A DNA stretch of 64,000 nt from the human T2T-CHM13v2.0 reference genome, Homo sapiens (GCF_009914755.1 NC_060932.1); one strand, 5' to 3'; positions 1 to 13,611 are shown, numbered from the stretch's first letter. The notes: generated by a model from the sequence alone, not told the origin. Translations and numbers: made by a program.

Positions 1-333
1 TGCAAAAATTTTCTCCCATTCTGATTATCTCAATAGATGCAGAAAAGGCCTTTGATAAAATTCAACACTCCTTCATGCTAAAAGCGCTCAATAAACTAGG
101 TATTGATTGAACGTATCTCAAAATAATAAGAGCTATTTATGACAAATCCACAGGCAATATCATACTGAATGGGCAAAAACTGGAAGCATTCTCTTTGAAA
201 ACTGACACAAGACAAAGATGCCCTCTGGCATCACTCCTATTCAACATAGTATTGGAAATTCCAGCCAGGGCAATCAGACAAGAGAAAGAAATAAAGGATA
301 TTCAAATTGGAAGAGAGGAAATCAAATTGTCCT
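1..333. mobile_element. L1PA ORF2 fragments in opposite orientations (about 1-22 minus, 23-333 plus)
   Basis: tgcaaaaattttctcccattctg also occurs in the minus-strand L1 near 45605. From 23 the sequence is sense RT region ([11 protein letters not shown]...[16 protein letters not shown]...REEIKLS). Confidence 0.85.
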
Positions 334-1191
334 CATATGCTTTCTTAGTTACTGCATGTCATTGTAATTTATGGTAATCTGTGTCAAGAATTTCAATAGC
401 CTGGATGGATGCATAGAGCAAAGTGGCAATAATGGTAGTAACAGAGGCAGTATAGCTCTACCTTTATGTGACAATAGCATGACATTGAGAGAGGCCAAAC
501 ATGTGAGGCTTCCTGAACTGACAGACTCAAGATATAGTTGCTTATACCAGTAAAATAGTCAATGGATGGATTAATTTCTGAAGTAGTAGGGTTTTCCTTG
601 ATGTGCAGAAGCAAGATGACACAATAAATATAAAGAGCAGTGTGGCAGTAGATTCAGGAAAAGAGATGTCTAAGCCATACAGAGCACCAGTTGTGGATCT
701 CGACTCACTACAACCTCTGCCTCCTGGGCTCAATAAAGACTTAATTTGACATTTGCTAATCGTTTTCTATATGTCTTCTATCTTTTTTTGTCTCTATTTC
801 TCTATTACTGCCTTCTTTTGTTTAGTGGATTTTTTTCTAGTATGTCATTTTGATTCCCTTCTCATTTATTTTTCTTTATGTAATTTTGATTATTTTCTTA
901 GTGGTTACTCTGGATATTACAATAACATCTTAAATTTATAACAATCATAGTTTGAATTAATACCAACTTAGCCTCTATAGTATACAAAACGCTGCTTCTA
1001 TACAGCTTTGTCTTCTTTATGTTTTTATTATCACAAATTATCTAATAACATTAAGCTATGTTAATGATAATACAATGTACAAGCTATTGTATAGTAATAC
1101 AATAGCTTAATAATTATTGTTTGATACATTTTCTCTTAAATAATTTAGGGAAAAGTGAGGAATAACAAAACAAAAATATAATAATAGTATC

Positions 1192-1486
1192 TTTTTTTTT
1201 GGAGGCAGGGTCTTACTCTGTCATCCAGGCTGGAGTGTGGTGCTGGTGCTGTGATCACAGCTTACTGCATCCTTTACCTCCTAAGCACAGGTGATCCTCC
1301 TGCCTCTGCCTCCCAATTAGCTGGGACCACAGGCATGTGCCACCATGCCCAGTTAATTTGTTTATTTGTAGAGACTGGGTCTTCCTTTGTTGCCCAGGCT
1401 AGTCTCAAACTCCTGGACTCAAGCAGTCCTCCCATTTTGGCCTTCCAGAGTGCCAGGAGTATAAGTGTGAGCCACTGCACCCAGCT
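1192..1486 (-). mobile_element. AluJ
   Basis: Poly(T) followed by a diverged Alu with J-type ctcaagcagtcctccc. TSD ataatagtatctt / ataataatatctt. Confidence 0.9.
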
Positions 1487-1620
1487 ATAATAATATCTTC
1501 TATAGTTACCAATGTATTTACCTTTACTGTGTTTTTAATTTCTTTTATTGCTTCTTGTTACTGTTTTGTGTGCTTTCATTTTAAACTGAAGGACTACCTT
1601 TGGCATTTCTTGTAGGGCAG

Positions 1621-2006
1621 TGTATTAGTTTACTACAGCTGCCATAACAATTTACCATGGACTGGGTAGCTTAAACAAGGATATGTATTTTTTCACAATT
1701 CTGGAGCCTGGAAGTTTGAGATCAAGGTGTTAACTAAGTTGTAGTTTCTTCTGAGGACCCTCTGCTTGGCATATAAGTAACCACCCTCTCCCTGTATCTG
1801 CACAAGGTCTTCCTTCTGTGTTTGTGTTCTAATTTTCTCTTATAAAGATACCAGTTACATTGCATCAGAGCCCATCCTAATGACCTAATTTTCAATCTAA
1901 TTACCTCTTTAAAGGCCCTGTCTCCAAATACAGCCTCATTTTGTGACATACTGGGGTTAGATCTTTAACATATGAACTTTACTGGGATACCATTTGGCCT
2001 ATAATA
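1621..2006 (-). mobile_element. MaLR solo LTR (MLT1-type)
   Basis: tgtattagtt...ctgccataaca...ttctggag...gagatcaaggtg signature. Near-match 5-bp TSD ggcag/agcag. Confidence 0.85.
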
Positions 2007-2515
2007 AGCAGGCAAGTCTACTAGCAATGAGCTTTTTCAGTTTTTATTTATCTGGGAATGTCTTAATTTCTCCTTCATTTTTGAAGGATAGTTTTGTCAG
2101 ATATAGAATTCTTGTTTGACAGTTTTTTTCCCTCTAGCACTTTAAATGTCATCCCACTGCCTCTGGCCTCCCTGGTTTCTAATAAGAAATTAGATATTAC
2201 TATTATTGAAGATCTCTCATTTGTGAGGAATTGCTTTTCTCTTGCTGTTTTCAAGGTTCTCTTTTTATCATTAACTTTGGACACTTTGATTATAATATGT
2301 TTTGGTGTGAATTCTTTTGAGTTTATTCTACTTGGAGTTTGTTAAGCTTCTTGGATGTGTAGATTCATATATTTCATCAAACTGGGGAGGTTTTCACCCA
2401 TTATTTTTCAAATTTTCTTTCTGCCCCTTTCTTCTCTTCTGCTAGGAACTCTTCTTATTTATGAGCTTGATGGTGTCCCACAGGTCTCTTAGGCTCTGTT
2501 CATTTTTCTTCACTC

Positions 2516-3783
2516 TTTTTTTTTCAGTGTCAGATAACTTTTATTGAGATCCCATCAGCTGTACAATCTGTTCCTGGCATTAAGCTCCTTCTTCCTTTGC
2601 AATCTGGTCTTTCTTGAGTGGTCCCATGAATGCTTCTTCTCCATGGTTTGGAAGTGGCCATGGCCAAATTTAAAGGTAGTGTCAATGAACTTAAGGTCAG
2701 TCTTCTCCAGAGCCTGCTGCTTGGTCTGCATCAAGACTTGTGGAGGATGAGCGCTTGCCTCTTAGTTCCCACCACACAGCACTTCAGCATGACAAAGTCA
2801 TTGGTCACTTCACCATAGTGGACAAAGCCACCCAGAGGGTTGATGCTCTTGTCAGGTTATAGTCAGTGGAGGCACTGATCAATTTGCCATCCTTGATGAA
2901 GTAGCCCTGACTGATATTATAGATCTTCTTGTTGATCTCAGTGCAGTGATAGTTTGTGTCTAGTACGTGCCACAGAGAAGGTCATATGGGCAGGATGCCA
3001 TGCCCCAATATAGGCAACCTTCCACAGCCCTCAGTGGGTCTTGTAGGGCAGCTTCTTGGTATGCCAATGACTGGTGACCTCTTTGTAGCCTTTGCCCTTG
3101 GTCACCCGTTTGATGTCAATCATCTTGTCCTGCCCAAATGCTTGCTTCACAGGTACCTGGTCCTCTAGCCTCTCCAGAGACCAGTCCAGTTTCTCGGTCA
3201 CAGTGCCTCTGTTCACCTGGATGTCCATTAGGTGGGTCTTCTTCATACATAGAGGAAGCAGGTGCATCTGGGTGTAGATATTGATGTGGATGACTTGGCA
3301 GTACTTTTTCATGCTGTTGAAGTCCTTCTTCAGCTGCTTCTTGTCATCCTCACCCTGCAGTTTCTTGCAGTACTTGGTAAAAGCCTTCTACTTCTCTTTA
3401 TGCCAGTTCCTATAGAAGTGCCTTTTGCACTCATTGCTAATGTGCTCAACAAAGATGGTCTTGGAAATTCAGAGGCCTTGAGGGGTTTCCATGTAGCCCA
3501 GGATGCCTACTACCACCATGGGCAGTGTCTCCACAATGGTCATAGCCTCTACCCCTTCCTTCTTGTTCACCTTGGGTCCTAGCCGGCCAGCTTCCCACAC
3601 GATGTGTCATGCCAGCCTTGTATCCCAGGAAAGCTGTGAGGTGGACCAGTTTAGAAGGGTCATCACTGGGGAAGCTCTTCACCTTGCCATGATGCCTACT
3701 GCTGTGTTTCCAAGGCAGGAAGCCCGGGGACCCATGTCTTGGAGCAAAGGATTTCCTGCGAGACATCATGCCATCAAATCCTG
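2516..3783 (-). pseudogene. RPL3: Processed pseudogene of ribosomal protein L3 (uL3), possibly the locus catalogued as RPL3P10 (number unverified)
   Basis: Intronless. Minus-strand ORF pieces [18 protein letters not shown]...[15 protein letters not shown] and MKKYCQVI...[14 protein letters not shown]...[22 protein letters not shown]. Frameshifts and stops are present. Stop at about 2580-2582, then 3'UTR with AATAAA and poly(A) (T run 2516-2524). Degenerate TSD cttcactcttt 2508-2518 / ctttattcttt 3784-3794. Confidence 0.95.
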
Positions 3784-5139
3784 CTTTATTCTTTGATTGT
3801 GCTCCTCAGATTGAATAATCTTGATTGATTTGTTTTGAAGTTTGCTGATTCCTTTTTTCTGCTTGCTCAACTATGTTATTGAATCCTAGTGAATTTTCAT
3901 GTGTTTTACTTTTTAGCTCCACAATTTCCTTTTTATAATTTCTATATTTTTATGGATACTCTCTATTTGGTGAAGTATCATTCTTCTGGTTTCCTTTAGT
4001 TTTTTTTACATAGTTTTTCATAGCTTTTTGAACATATTTTAAAACAATTAATTTACATTATTTGTCTAGTAAGTACAATGTCTGGGCTTCCAGAGGTACC
4101 ATTTCTGTTTCTTTATTTTCTGAGAATGGGCCATACTACTTTCTTGTTGTTGTTGAAATTTGAACATTTTGAATATTTTGATGTGGTAATGCTGGAAATC
4201 AGATTCTTCCTCACTCCCCAGCAAGGTGTGTTGTTACTGCTTGTTGTGGGTTGTAGTTGTTTGCTTGTTTACTGACTTTTCTAAAGTAAAGAAATATTTT
4301 GTGAACAATATTGTTTAGTAGTCACCAAGTGATTTGATAGAGATTTCTTTAAATTACTGGAGCCAAAAAAGAGAAAAGACTTCCTTGGTTTTTACAGATT
4401 GACTCTGGGTTTGGATATACATGCAACACTTATTCCAGATGTTGACAACTCACCCTTAGCCTTGACTCTTGCTTGTACAATGTCTGAAAGCCAGGCAGAG
4501 GAGAAAGCTTAGTGTCTTTTCAAGTCTATTCTGAGCAAGTGTCCAGCCTTGGACATGTGGGTGGCCCTCTAGATTTCCCAGTATATGCCTGAGGTTTTCA
4601 AAGCCTTCATTTCTCCACCCATTTCCTTCCTCAGCCTCTTTCTTCCTAGACTTTTTAGTGTGCTTGCTGCTTTTCTTGTCCGTTTTTCCTTGCTCCAGGT
4701 GGCTGCAGCCAGTGTATTTGCCTTGAAATGCTTTTTATAAACACTGCCTTGGAGTCCACTCCAACCCTGTGAAATTTCATGGTGGAGGAAACAAAGGAAA
4801 GCTCTTGAGCAAAACCTTTAGGGAGCCACTGGACAGCTCAAAACACATAACCATAATTATTTGAGAACAAATTTGGTATTTCTTCCTCTGGCACGGGAAA
4901 GCCACACCAGGAATATGGGCCTCTATCTTAATGGATGCCAATGAGCTGGATGTGTGAGATGGGATGGTAGGTGGGTCAGTTCAAGGACCACAATACTCCC
5001 TTATAGAAACCCAGCAGCTTTTTTCCCCCCTCAAGCATTGTCCTGTTTTTTATTTTTATGTTTTTTTCTGGGGCAATTGCGTGAATAGGCCATTTGCTCT
5101 TATCATCTGGCAGTCTGGCCAGATGTGTACAGGCAGGGA

Positions 5140-5327
5140 TTCCAAGATCAGGAATGGCAGTATGAAAGGCGACTTAGGCTCAAGATTGGCAAAACAACAC
5201 TTCTATTGCCTTTATTGGCTCAAACAAGTTACAAAGCCCAGCCCAGATTGAGAGAGAGGAAAAATGAACTCACCTCTTGATGACAGGCACTGAAAAGTCA
5301 TATTGCAAAGGACACAAATACAGAAAG
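5140..5327. mobile_element. Old MaLR (MLT1-type) LTR fragment
   Basis: cacttctattgccttattggctcaaacaagttacaaagcccagcccagatt...cacctcttgatg...gtcatattgcaaagg resembles MLT1 LTRs. Confidence 0.6.
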
Positions 5328-5627
<300 letters not shown>

Positions 5628-5953
5628 TCCTCCACACACATATAGTTTTTAAAGCAAAAGTTTATTTCTGATATGCAGATGAAGTAGATGGAAATGCTAG
5701 GTGTTTTTTCTTAGTTCATAAATTGGAAGTTGTAGATATACTGAGATAGATGTTACAACTTCATGGGCAATCTTCTAACTACTTGAGTACATTGCCATAA
5801 AACTTAAAACTTTATTTATTGATTTTAACCAATTTGATAAAGCAAACACCTCTGCATATCTTGTAAGTGCTGTGGTATTAGCTTTAAAGAAGAGTTCAAG
5901 TAAAAAAATTATGAAATTTTTCATGTATTATATGCTGTTTTCCTTTTTTCTAG

Positions 5954-6022
5954 TCAGAACCAGCTGTTCCAGATTTATTTCCTCTTTATCTAGAAATGCA
6001 TATTGTGGTGGACAAAACTTTG
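5954..6022 (+). CDS. ADAM32: ADAM32 internal coding exon (probably exon 7), 69 nt, phase 0-0: SEPAVPDLFPLYLEMHIVVDKTL, start of the reprolysin/M12B domain
   Basis: Acceptor ttttttctag| and donor |gtatgt. YLEMHIVVD is the typical first strand of the ADAM metalloprotease domain. The peptide matches human ADAM32 as I recall it. Exon numbers are from memory. Confidence 0.95.
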
Positions 6023-7042
6023 GTATGTGTTTTGCTTTTTCTTTGCTTTGAAATATTTGATCCAAATGTATGATTATGCCTAGCTAGCTAGACAGAAACT
6101 AAAAGATTCCAATGTTCTTACTCACATGTCATAGAGACAATAGTGGAAAAATGTGCAAACTGAGAAACTAAATAGTCAAAATGATACTAGTTTTATCAGA
6201 AATGTTTTATTTGAAATACTTACACAACAGTACTGCAGAACAAAATGTATTTTTTTCCCTGGCACTTCACATTTCTAGAGTCCCTCTCAATCCATACTAC
6301 CATTTAATGGTGATTTTGGTAGAAGTGAAATTCTATTTTAGGGAAGTTTGAAGAGCAGAATGTAGTCTAGGGAACATTCCACCCTAAAATATTTATTGGA
6401 ACAAAAGTGATGATAGTATAACTATCTACTAGAATGACTTTCACTAATGTGTCAAGAAGTTTTTTAGCAGTTTTTGGTGGGGCACCCATTCTAGTCCATT
6501 GTTTACCTGTTGAAAAGAGTACCTCGAGATTCCTAATTTCCATAAACAGTCTGAGGCCTCTGAATTTCAGAACCTTAGGGTGACAACTTAGTTTGCAGTC
6601 AACTAGGTATGTCTTTATTTCTTTTAATAGTTGAAAGATTTCAGAAAATAGAGATTAAAAATATACTTTCTAGGTTTTATTCTGATGATAAGCCTTTATT
6701 TGTGTATACCTATGGAATACCACAGCGGGTATGACTAATACTCTTTACCAATTCTATTCCTAGGGTTTAGAGCTTGTCAGGAAGCCAGAGTTAAGGTCAG
6801 GGACCAGGATTTGGAGAAAGAGATGAAAATAACTTGATTAATTAGAGTACAGGGAAAAGGGAAAAGGGAACATTTAAGAGAACATTGAGACATTGAGATA
6901 GTTGAGAGAAAATTGAAGTATTTCTGATAAATATGACTAAGTTTCCAGGGAATATTTTGGATTTTGAAACTCCTTTTGTTTTTGGATTATGTTATATATC
7001 TTGAGAGTAGTTTCAAAAGCTTCTCCAAATTGCCAGGTTTTC

Positions 7043-7675
7043 TTTTTTATTTTATTTTATATATATATATATATTTATTATACTTTAAGTTCTAGGGTAC
7101 ATGTGCACAACGTGCAGGTTTGTCACATATGTATACATGTGCCATGTTGGTGTGCTGCACCCATTAACTCATCATTTACATTAGGTATATCTCCTAATGC
7201 TATCCCTCCCCCCTCCCCCCACCCCACAACAGGCCCTGGTGTGTGATGTTCCCCTTCCTGTGTCCTAGTTTTCTCGTTGTTCAATTCCCACCTATGAGTG
7301 AGAACATGCGGTGTTTGGTTTTTTGTCCTTGCGATAGTTTGCTGAGAATGATGGTTTCCAGCTTCATTCATGTCCCTACAAAGGACATGAACTCATCATT
7401 TTTTATGGCTGCATAGTATTCCATGGTGTATATGTGCCACATATTCTTGATCCAGACTATCATTGTTGGACATTTGGGTTGGTTCCAAGTCTTTGCTATT
7501 GTGAATAGTGCTGCAATAAACATACGTGTGCATGTGTCTTTATAGCAGCATGATTTATATTCCTTTGGGTATATACCCAGTAATGGGATGGCTGGGTCAA
7601 ATGGTATTTCTAGTTCTTTTACACTGTTGTGGGACTGTGAACTAGTTCAACCATTGTGGAAGACAGTGTGATGAT
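7043..7675 (-). mobile_element. 5'-truncated, 5'-inverted L1PA (about PA3-PA6) with 19-bp TSD
   Basis: TSD tccaaattgccaggttttc at 7024-7042 and 7676-7694. Minus-strand 3' end runs 7043-7617 and an inverted piece runs about 7617-7678. Confidence 0.95.
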
Positions 7676-7700
7676 TCCAAATTGCCAGGTTTTCAAGTCA

Positions 7701-8079
<379 letters not shown>

Positions 8080-8399
8080 ATCATAGTATTCATATTTTCT
8101 TCAGTGACTTTATAATTTGTAAATCCGTAATTATGGCATAGTGAATTCATTGCCATGATTGTAGAAAGCATATGGTTCTATATATACACAGTTTAATAAT
8201 GGAGACAGACATGGAAACACAACTGTAAGTTGTTATACTATAAGAGCATCCAAGTGGGTGTTTTAAAATGTAGGTTTTATTACTACTCAGGTATATTGAA
8301 GCCAACAGATCAGTAGATGGTTGCTATTGAAAAGACAGGCTGTTACTCAGTTTCCAATGGTAGGGGGCACTCTCCATCATTCAGGGCCCACAAAGGGAA

Positions 8400-8990
8400 G
8401 GAGGGAAGATGTCATTGAAATATTTTAAATAGGGGAGTGACATATTTCTATTTTACCTTAGAATAATCATTTTGGTAATAGTGTAGGGACGAGATTGCTG
8501 GTGGGAAAATTGGGGAAGGAGGAATCATTTAAGAGACTGTTCTAGTAATCAGGGTGAAAACTTATAAATTAGTGGCATCAAGAATAAAAATAAAGGAACA
8601 ACTTTAAAAGTTACTGATTGGGTTGAATTAGAAGAACTTGATTTGATTGATTTATTCGTTTACTTAACAAATTCATTGAGCATCATCTAGATAACAGTTG
8701 CTGTTCTAGCCATTGGGGATATAGCAGTGAATAAAACAGAACAATTTCCGCTCTCATGGAGCATGTAGTGTAATAAATGTAGGATGTGTTAGATAATAAT
8801 ACCATTCACTAAAGTAGTGAAAATATAAGTAGGAAGAGATTTTTGAAGGAAGACGATGAGTTTAGTTTTGAATATATTTATTTTAGTTTTGGATATGAGT
8901 TTACTCTGGGATAATTTGAGGATCCTGTGGAACATCCAAGGTGATGTACTATAGAGAGTTTGTCTATGGATATATACAGTTTGACATAGT
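8400..8990 (-). mobile_element. L2 fragments
   Basis: L2 3'-end-like ttattcgtttacttaacaaattcattgagc...ggggatatagcagtgaataaaacaga and purine-rich L2-like body. Highly diverged. Confidence 0.6.
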
Positions 8991-9064
8991 TGCAATCCAG
9001 TTTTTCAGATTTCAAGAGCGATGTATATGTATGTATACATACACACACACTCATTTGTGTGTGT

Positions 9065-9670
9065 GCATTTATGTACAGTTTTATGCAATGGTATTACATA
9101 GGTAGCCTTCCATAACCATTGCCACAATTGAGACACTCAACAGTACCATCACCACAGCACTCTCCTGTGTGATCCCATTAGAGCCACACTGATCCCCTGC
9201 CCGCTTCTGAGCCTTTGGTGTCCACTAAGCCATTCTCCTTCTTTGTGATTTCACACACATTGCATAAAGTTATCAAGCAGTCTGTATCCTTTTGAGATTA
9301 TGTTTTCATGCTGAGCATAATTTTCTTGAGATTTATCCAGGCAGTTCCATATATCAACATTTGTTTCTTTTTATTGCTGAGTTTATGGTAGGAATGTACT
9401 ACAGTTTATTTAACCATTTAACCACTGAAGGATATATGAGTTATTTCTAGTTTTTAGCTATTATGAGTAAAGATGTTATGGACATTCATGTACAAGTATT
9501 TGCGTGAGGATCAGTTTTTTGAGATAAATGCTCAGAAGTGAGATTGCTGGGCCATATAGTAAATCCATTCTTTGTTTTGATTTCAAAGAAGTTGAAGTTA
9601 CCAAATTATTTTCCAGAGTGGCTGTACCATTTTACATTCCCATCAGCAATGCATGAGGGATCCAGTTTAT
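9065..9670 (-). mobile_element. Old L1M 3' fragment
   Basis: tttattgctgag...gattgctgggccatatag...ttccagagtggctgtaccattttacattccc. Confidence 0.75.
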
Positions 9671-9812
9671 ATTCAGTTTTTACTTATTAATGTTTTATTT
9701 TGAACTGTTGAAACCCAAAGCAGCCTTACACCTCTGACAGTAGATGGAAAAGAATCTTAAAAATACTACATAATAATTTGTACTTAAATATAAAATTAAT
9801 TCTGTTTTTCAG

Positions 9813-9884
9813 TATGATTACTGGGGCTCTGATAGCATGATAGTAACAAATAAAGTCATCGAAATTGTTGGCCTTGCAAATTCA
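9813..9884 (+). CDS. ADAM32: ADAM32 coding exon, 72 nt, phase 0-0: YDYWGSDSMIVTNKVIEIVGLANS
   Basis: Acceptor tctgtttttcag| and donor |gtaagt. In frame with the neighbouring exons. Confidence 0.95.
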
Positions 9885-10078
9885 GTAAGTGTTTTCCTTT
9901 TCATATTAAAATAATTGTTGTTTTGAAATGATAATTTGCCTAAACTTGATGCGGTATTCCTGGATAATTAACCCACCCATATAAACTGAGTGTGGGATTG
10001 TAAAAACTTTGAATTTCTGGGTTTTTATAAGATAACATAAATATTAATTATGCATGTATTTATCTCTTCTGTTTTTAG

Positions 10079-10245
10079 ATGTTCACCCAATTTAAAGTTA
10101 CTATTGTGCTGTCATCATTGGAGTTATGGTCAGATGAAAATAAGATTTCTACAGTTGGTGAGGCAGATGAATTATTGCAAAAATTTTTAGAATGGAAACA
10201 ATCTTATCTTAACCTAAGGCCTCATGATATTGCATATCTACTAAT
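10079..10245 (+). CDS. ADAM32: ADAM32 coding exon, 167 nt, phase 0-2: [55 protein letters not shown](I)
   Basis: Acceptor tcttctgtttttag| and donor |gtaaga. Contains the ADAM motifs LELWSD and RPHDIAYL. Confidence 0.96.
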
Positions 10246-11069
10246 GTAAGAATAATGTTTCATTATTCCTAGAAAGAAAACAAAGACCTGTGATAATTAT
10301 GTGGCTTAATGTAAGGAATTATTATTCATTTCTGAATATCCATGCTTTGATTATTTAGTATGTGCTTTATTCAGGCTTTATGCTCAATTTCTAGTTGTCA
10401 GGCAATAAAAAACATTACTAACATTTATTTCTATGCTAATAAAGCTTTTATAAATGAAGACATTGAGAGTTTCAAGAGGTTAAGCCGTCTCAGGACTCTT
10501 GGATCTGGTGGTACTACTAGGTTTGAACCCACAGTTCGTAACTCTAGAGCCAAAACTCTTAACCACTACTTAAAGAGATGGGATTTATCTTGAGAGGTTT
10601 ACATTCTTAAATAAGCTTTGACCAAAGACTTGGTAAATGTGGCTACAAAGACTTTACCCTAATGAATTTTCTGAGTAATTTTAAAATGTTAGTTTTCTAA
10701 TTATAAATTATAGCTATATATTTATAATTGTATTCATATTAAATTTATTAGCAATAATTAGCAAGTGTCTTTCAATGAAACTATACATGTCTATATATGT
10801 ATTTAAGTTTGGTATGTCAGTGTTTTCTTTTGCTTGTGTGAGACTAATCTTTCCCTCACATCTCTGCCAGCCATAAATGTTACTGCTCTTTTAATTTTTG
10901 GTAGTCTGATGGATATAACTTAATGTCATTGTCATTTTAATTTGCTTTTTTTCTGATGACTGGTGGATTTGAGCATCTTTTCAAATGCTTGTTGATCATT
11001 TGTATCTGTCCTTCTGTAATTGCCTTTTCTTGTCATTTGACTACTTCCCTATAATTTGTAAGGGTTTTT

Positions 11070-13075
11070 AAAAAATAATTTCATTATCTTTAATATTTAT
11101 ATTTTTTCCCCATAAGTTATTGGGGTACAGGTGATATTTGGTTACATGAGTAAGTTCTTTAGTGGTGATTTATGAGATTTTGGTGCACCCATCACCTGAG
11201 CAGTATACACTGCACCATATTTGTAGTCTTTTATCCCTCGCCCCACCTCCCACTCTTCCCCCCAGTCCCCACAGTCCATTGTATCATTCTTATGCCTTTG
11301 CCTCATAGCTTAGCTCCCACATATTGGTCAGAACATACGATGTTTGGTTTTCCATTCTTGAGTTACTTCACTTAGAATAATAGTCTCCAATCTCATCCAG
11401 GTCGCTGCAAATGCAGTCAATTCATTCCTTTTTATGGCTGAGTAGTATTCCATCACATTGCCACAGTTTTTTTATCCACTGGTTGATTGATGGGCATTTG
11501 GGTTGGTTCCATGATTTTGCAATTGTGAATTGTGCTGCTATAAACATGCGTGTCTAAGTATCTTTTTCAATTAATGACTTCTTTTCCTCTGGGTAGATAC
11601 CCAGTAGTGGGATTGCTGGATCAAATGGTAGTTCTGCTTTTAGATCTTTAAGGAATCTTCACACTGTTTTCCATAGTGGCTGTACTAGTTTACATTCCCA
11701 CCAGCAGTGTAGAAATGTTCCATGATCACTGCATCCACACCAACATCTACTGTTTTTTGATTTTTTGATTATGGCCTTTATTGGAGGAGTAAGGTGGTTT
11801 TACATTGTGGTTTTGATTTGCATTTCCCTGCTCATTAGTGTTGAGCATTTTTTTCATATGTTTGTTGGCCATTTGTATATCTTCTTTTGAGAATTGTCTA
11901 TTCATGTCCTTAGCCCACTTTTTGATGGGATTGTTTGTTTTTTTCTTACTGATTTGTTTGAGTTCATTGTAGGTTCTGGATATTAGTCCTTTGTCAGATG
12001 TATAGATTGTGAAGATTTTCTCTCACTCTGTGGGTTGTCTGTTTACTGTGCTGACTGTTTCTTTTGCTGTGTGAAAAGCTCTTTAGTTTAACTAAGTCCC
12101 AACTATTTATCTTTGTTTTTATTGCATTTGCTTTTGAGGTCTTTGTCGTGAAATTCTTGCCTAAGCCAATGTCTGGAAGGGGTTTTCCAATGTTATCTTC
12201 TAGAATTTTTATAGTTTCAGATCTTAGTTTAAGTCCTTAGGTTAAATCCATCTTGAGTTGATTTTTGTATAAGGTGAGAGATGAGGATCCAGTTTCATCT
12301 CCTACATGTGGCTTGGGAATTATCCCAGCACCATTTGTTGAATAGGGTGTCCTCTCCCCACTTTATGTTTTTGTTTGCTTTGCTGAAGATCAGTTGGCTG
12401 TAAGTATTTGGGTTTATTTCTGGGTTCTCTATTCTGTTCCATTGATCTACATGCCTATTTTTATACCAGTATCATGCTATTTTGGTGACTATGGCCTTAC
12501 AGTATAGTTTCAAATCAGTTAGTGTGATGGCTCCAGATTTGTTCTTTTTGCTTAGTCTTGCTTTGGCTATGAGGGCTGTTTTTAGGTTCCATATGAATTT
12601 TAGAATTTTTTTTCTAATTCTGTGAAGAATGATGGTGGTATTTTGATGGGGATTGAATTGAATTTTTAGACTGCTTTTGGCAATATGATCATTTTCACAA
12701 TATTGATTCGATCCATCCATGAGCATGGGATGTGTTTCAATTTGTTTGTGTCATCTATGATTTCTTTCAGCATTGTTTTGTAGTTTTCCTTGTAGAGGTC
12801 TTTCTACTCCTTGGTTAAGTATATTCCTAAGTATTTTATTTTTTTGCAGCTATTGTGAAAGGGGTTGAGTTCTTGATTTGATTCTCTGCTTGATCACTGT
12901 TGGTGTTATAGAAGAACTACTGATTTGTGTACATTAATCTTGTATCCGGAAACTTTGCTGAATTCTTTTATTAGATCTAGGAGCTTTCTGGAGGAGTCTT
13001 TAGCATTTTCAAGGTAAATGATCGTATCATCACCAAACGTGACAGTTTGACTTCCTCTTTACCGATTTGGATGCC
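11070..13075 (-). mobile_element. 5'-truncated L1PB-type element, about 2 kb
   Basis: PB-type 3' end ataagttattggggtacaggtg. ORF2 C-terminal peptide in ORF 12472..12726. TSD tgtaagggttttt 11057-11069 / tgtaagggctttt from 13076. Confidence 0.9.
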
Positions 13076-13181
13076 TGTAAGGGCTTTTTGAATGCTTAGA
13101 TACTAACATTGTTTATCTTTATGACAAATACTTTTTCCATATCTATAATTTTTCTATAAACTTTTTTTTTCTCTGCTACAT

Positions 13182-13611
13182 TGCAGCAGACCTTGCTGGA
13201 CTGAACAAAGGAGGACGAATGCAGGAATAAAGACAAAGAGAAAAGAATATATTTGCAAGAAGGGGTCAGGGGGCTCCTTGCTTTTAGTGAACAGGGGCCC
13301 TGAACTTCTAGAGCCCTTCATATTTATTGAGTAAAGGAGATAGGGAGAAGGGGGTGGTTGTGGTCAGCCGCTTGACTTAGTGCAGGCCTGCATGACTGCA
13401 TTCTTTGAACAGTAGGCTCCAGATGTTCCAGTAGATACCCTCAAGGAGCACGGCACCAGGGAGTGACTGCCCTCAGCATACCTTCTGGTGGCAGGCACAG
13501 ATGTGAATTTGCCCACATTATGCATTCATGATAAACAGTTTGCTGTTTAATCATATAGCCTCCAGGGGAATGCTGAGTTGGTCATGACCCTCAGGCTTTC
13601 GGCTCCCAACA
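13182..13611 (-). mobile_element. Solo LTR, LTR3-type (HERV-K3/HML-6), 430 bp
   Basis: TG...CA termini and perfect 6-bp TSD ctacat (13176-13181, 13612-13617), typical of betaretroviruses. The minus strand starts tgttgggagccgaaagcctgagggtcatgaccaactcagcattcc, which I recall as LTR3. Confidence 0.85.

Larger units (their letters stand above)
734..5060 (-). mobile_element. Old L1M element (inter-ORF, ORF1 and 5' region) interrupted by an AluJ, an MLT1 LTR and the RPL3 pseudogene
   Basis: ORF 2075..2284(-) gives L1 ORF1-like KRTLKTAREKQ...ETREAR. L1 sequence resumes after each insert. Boundaries are approximate. Confidence 0.7.

Noticed and set aside
334-690. Unassigned sequence with short ORFs, considered as an additional ADAM32 exon
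   Set aside because: No ADAM-like peptide or convincing splice pair. The preceding exon is probably upstream of the window.
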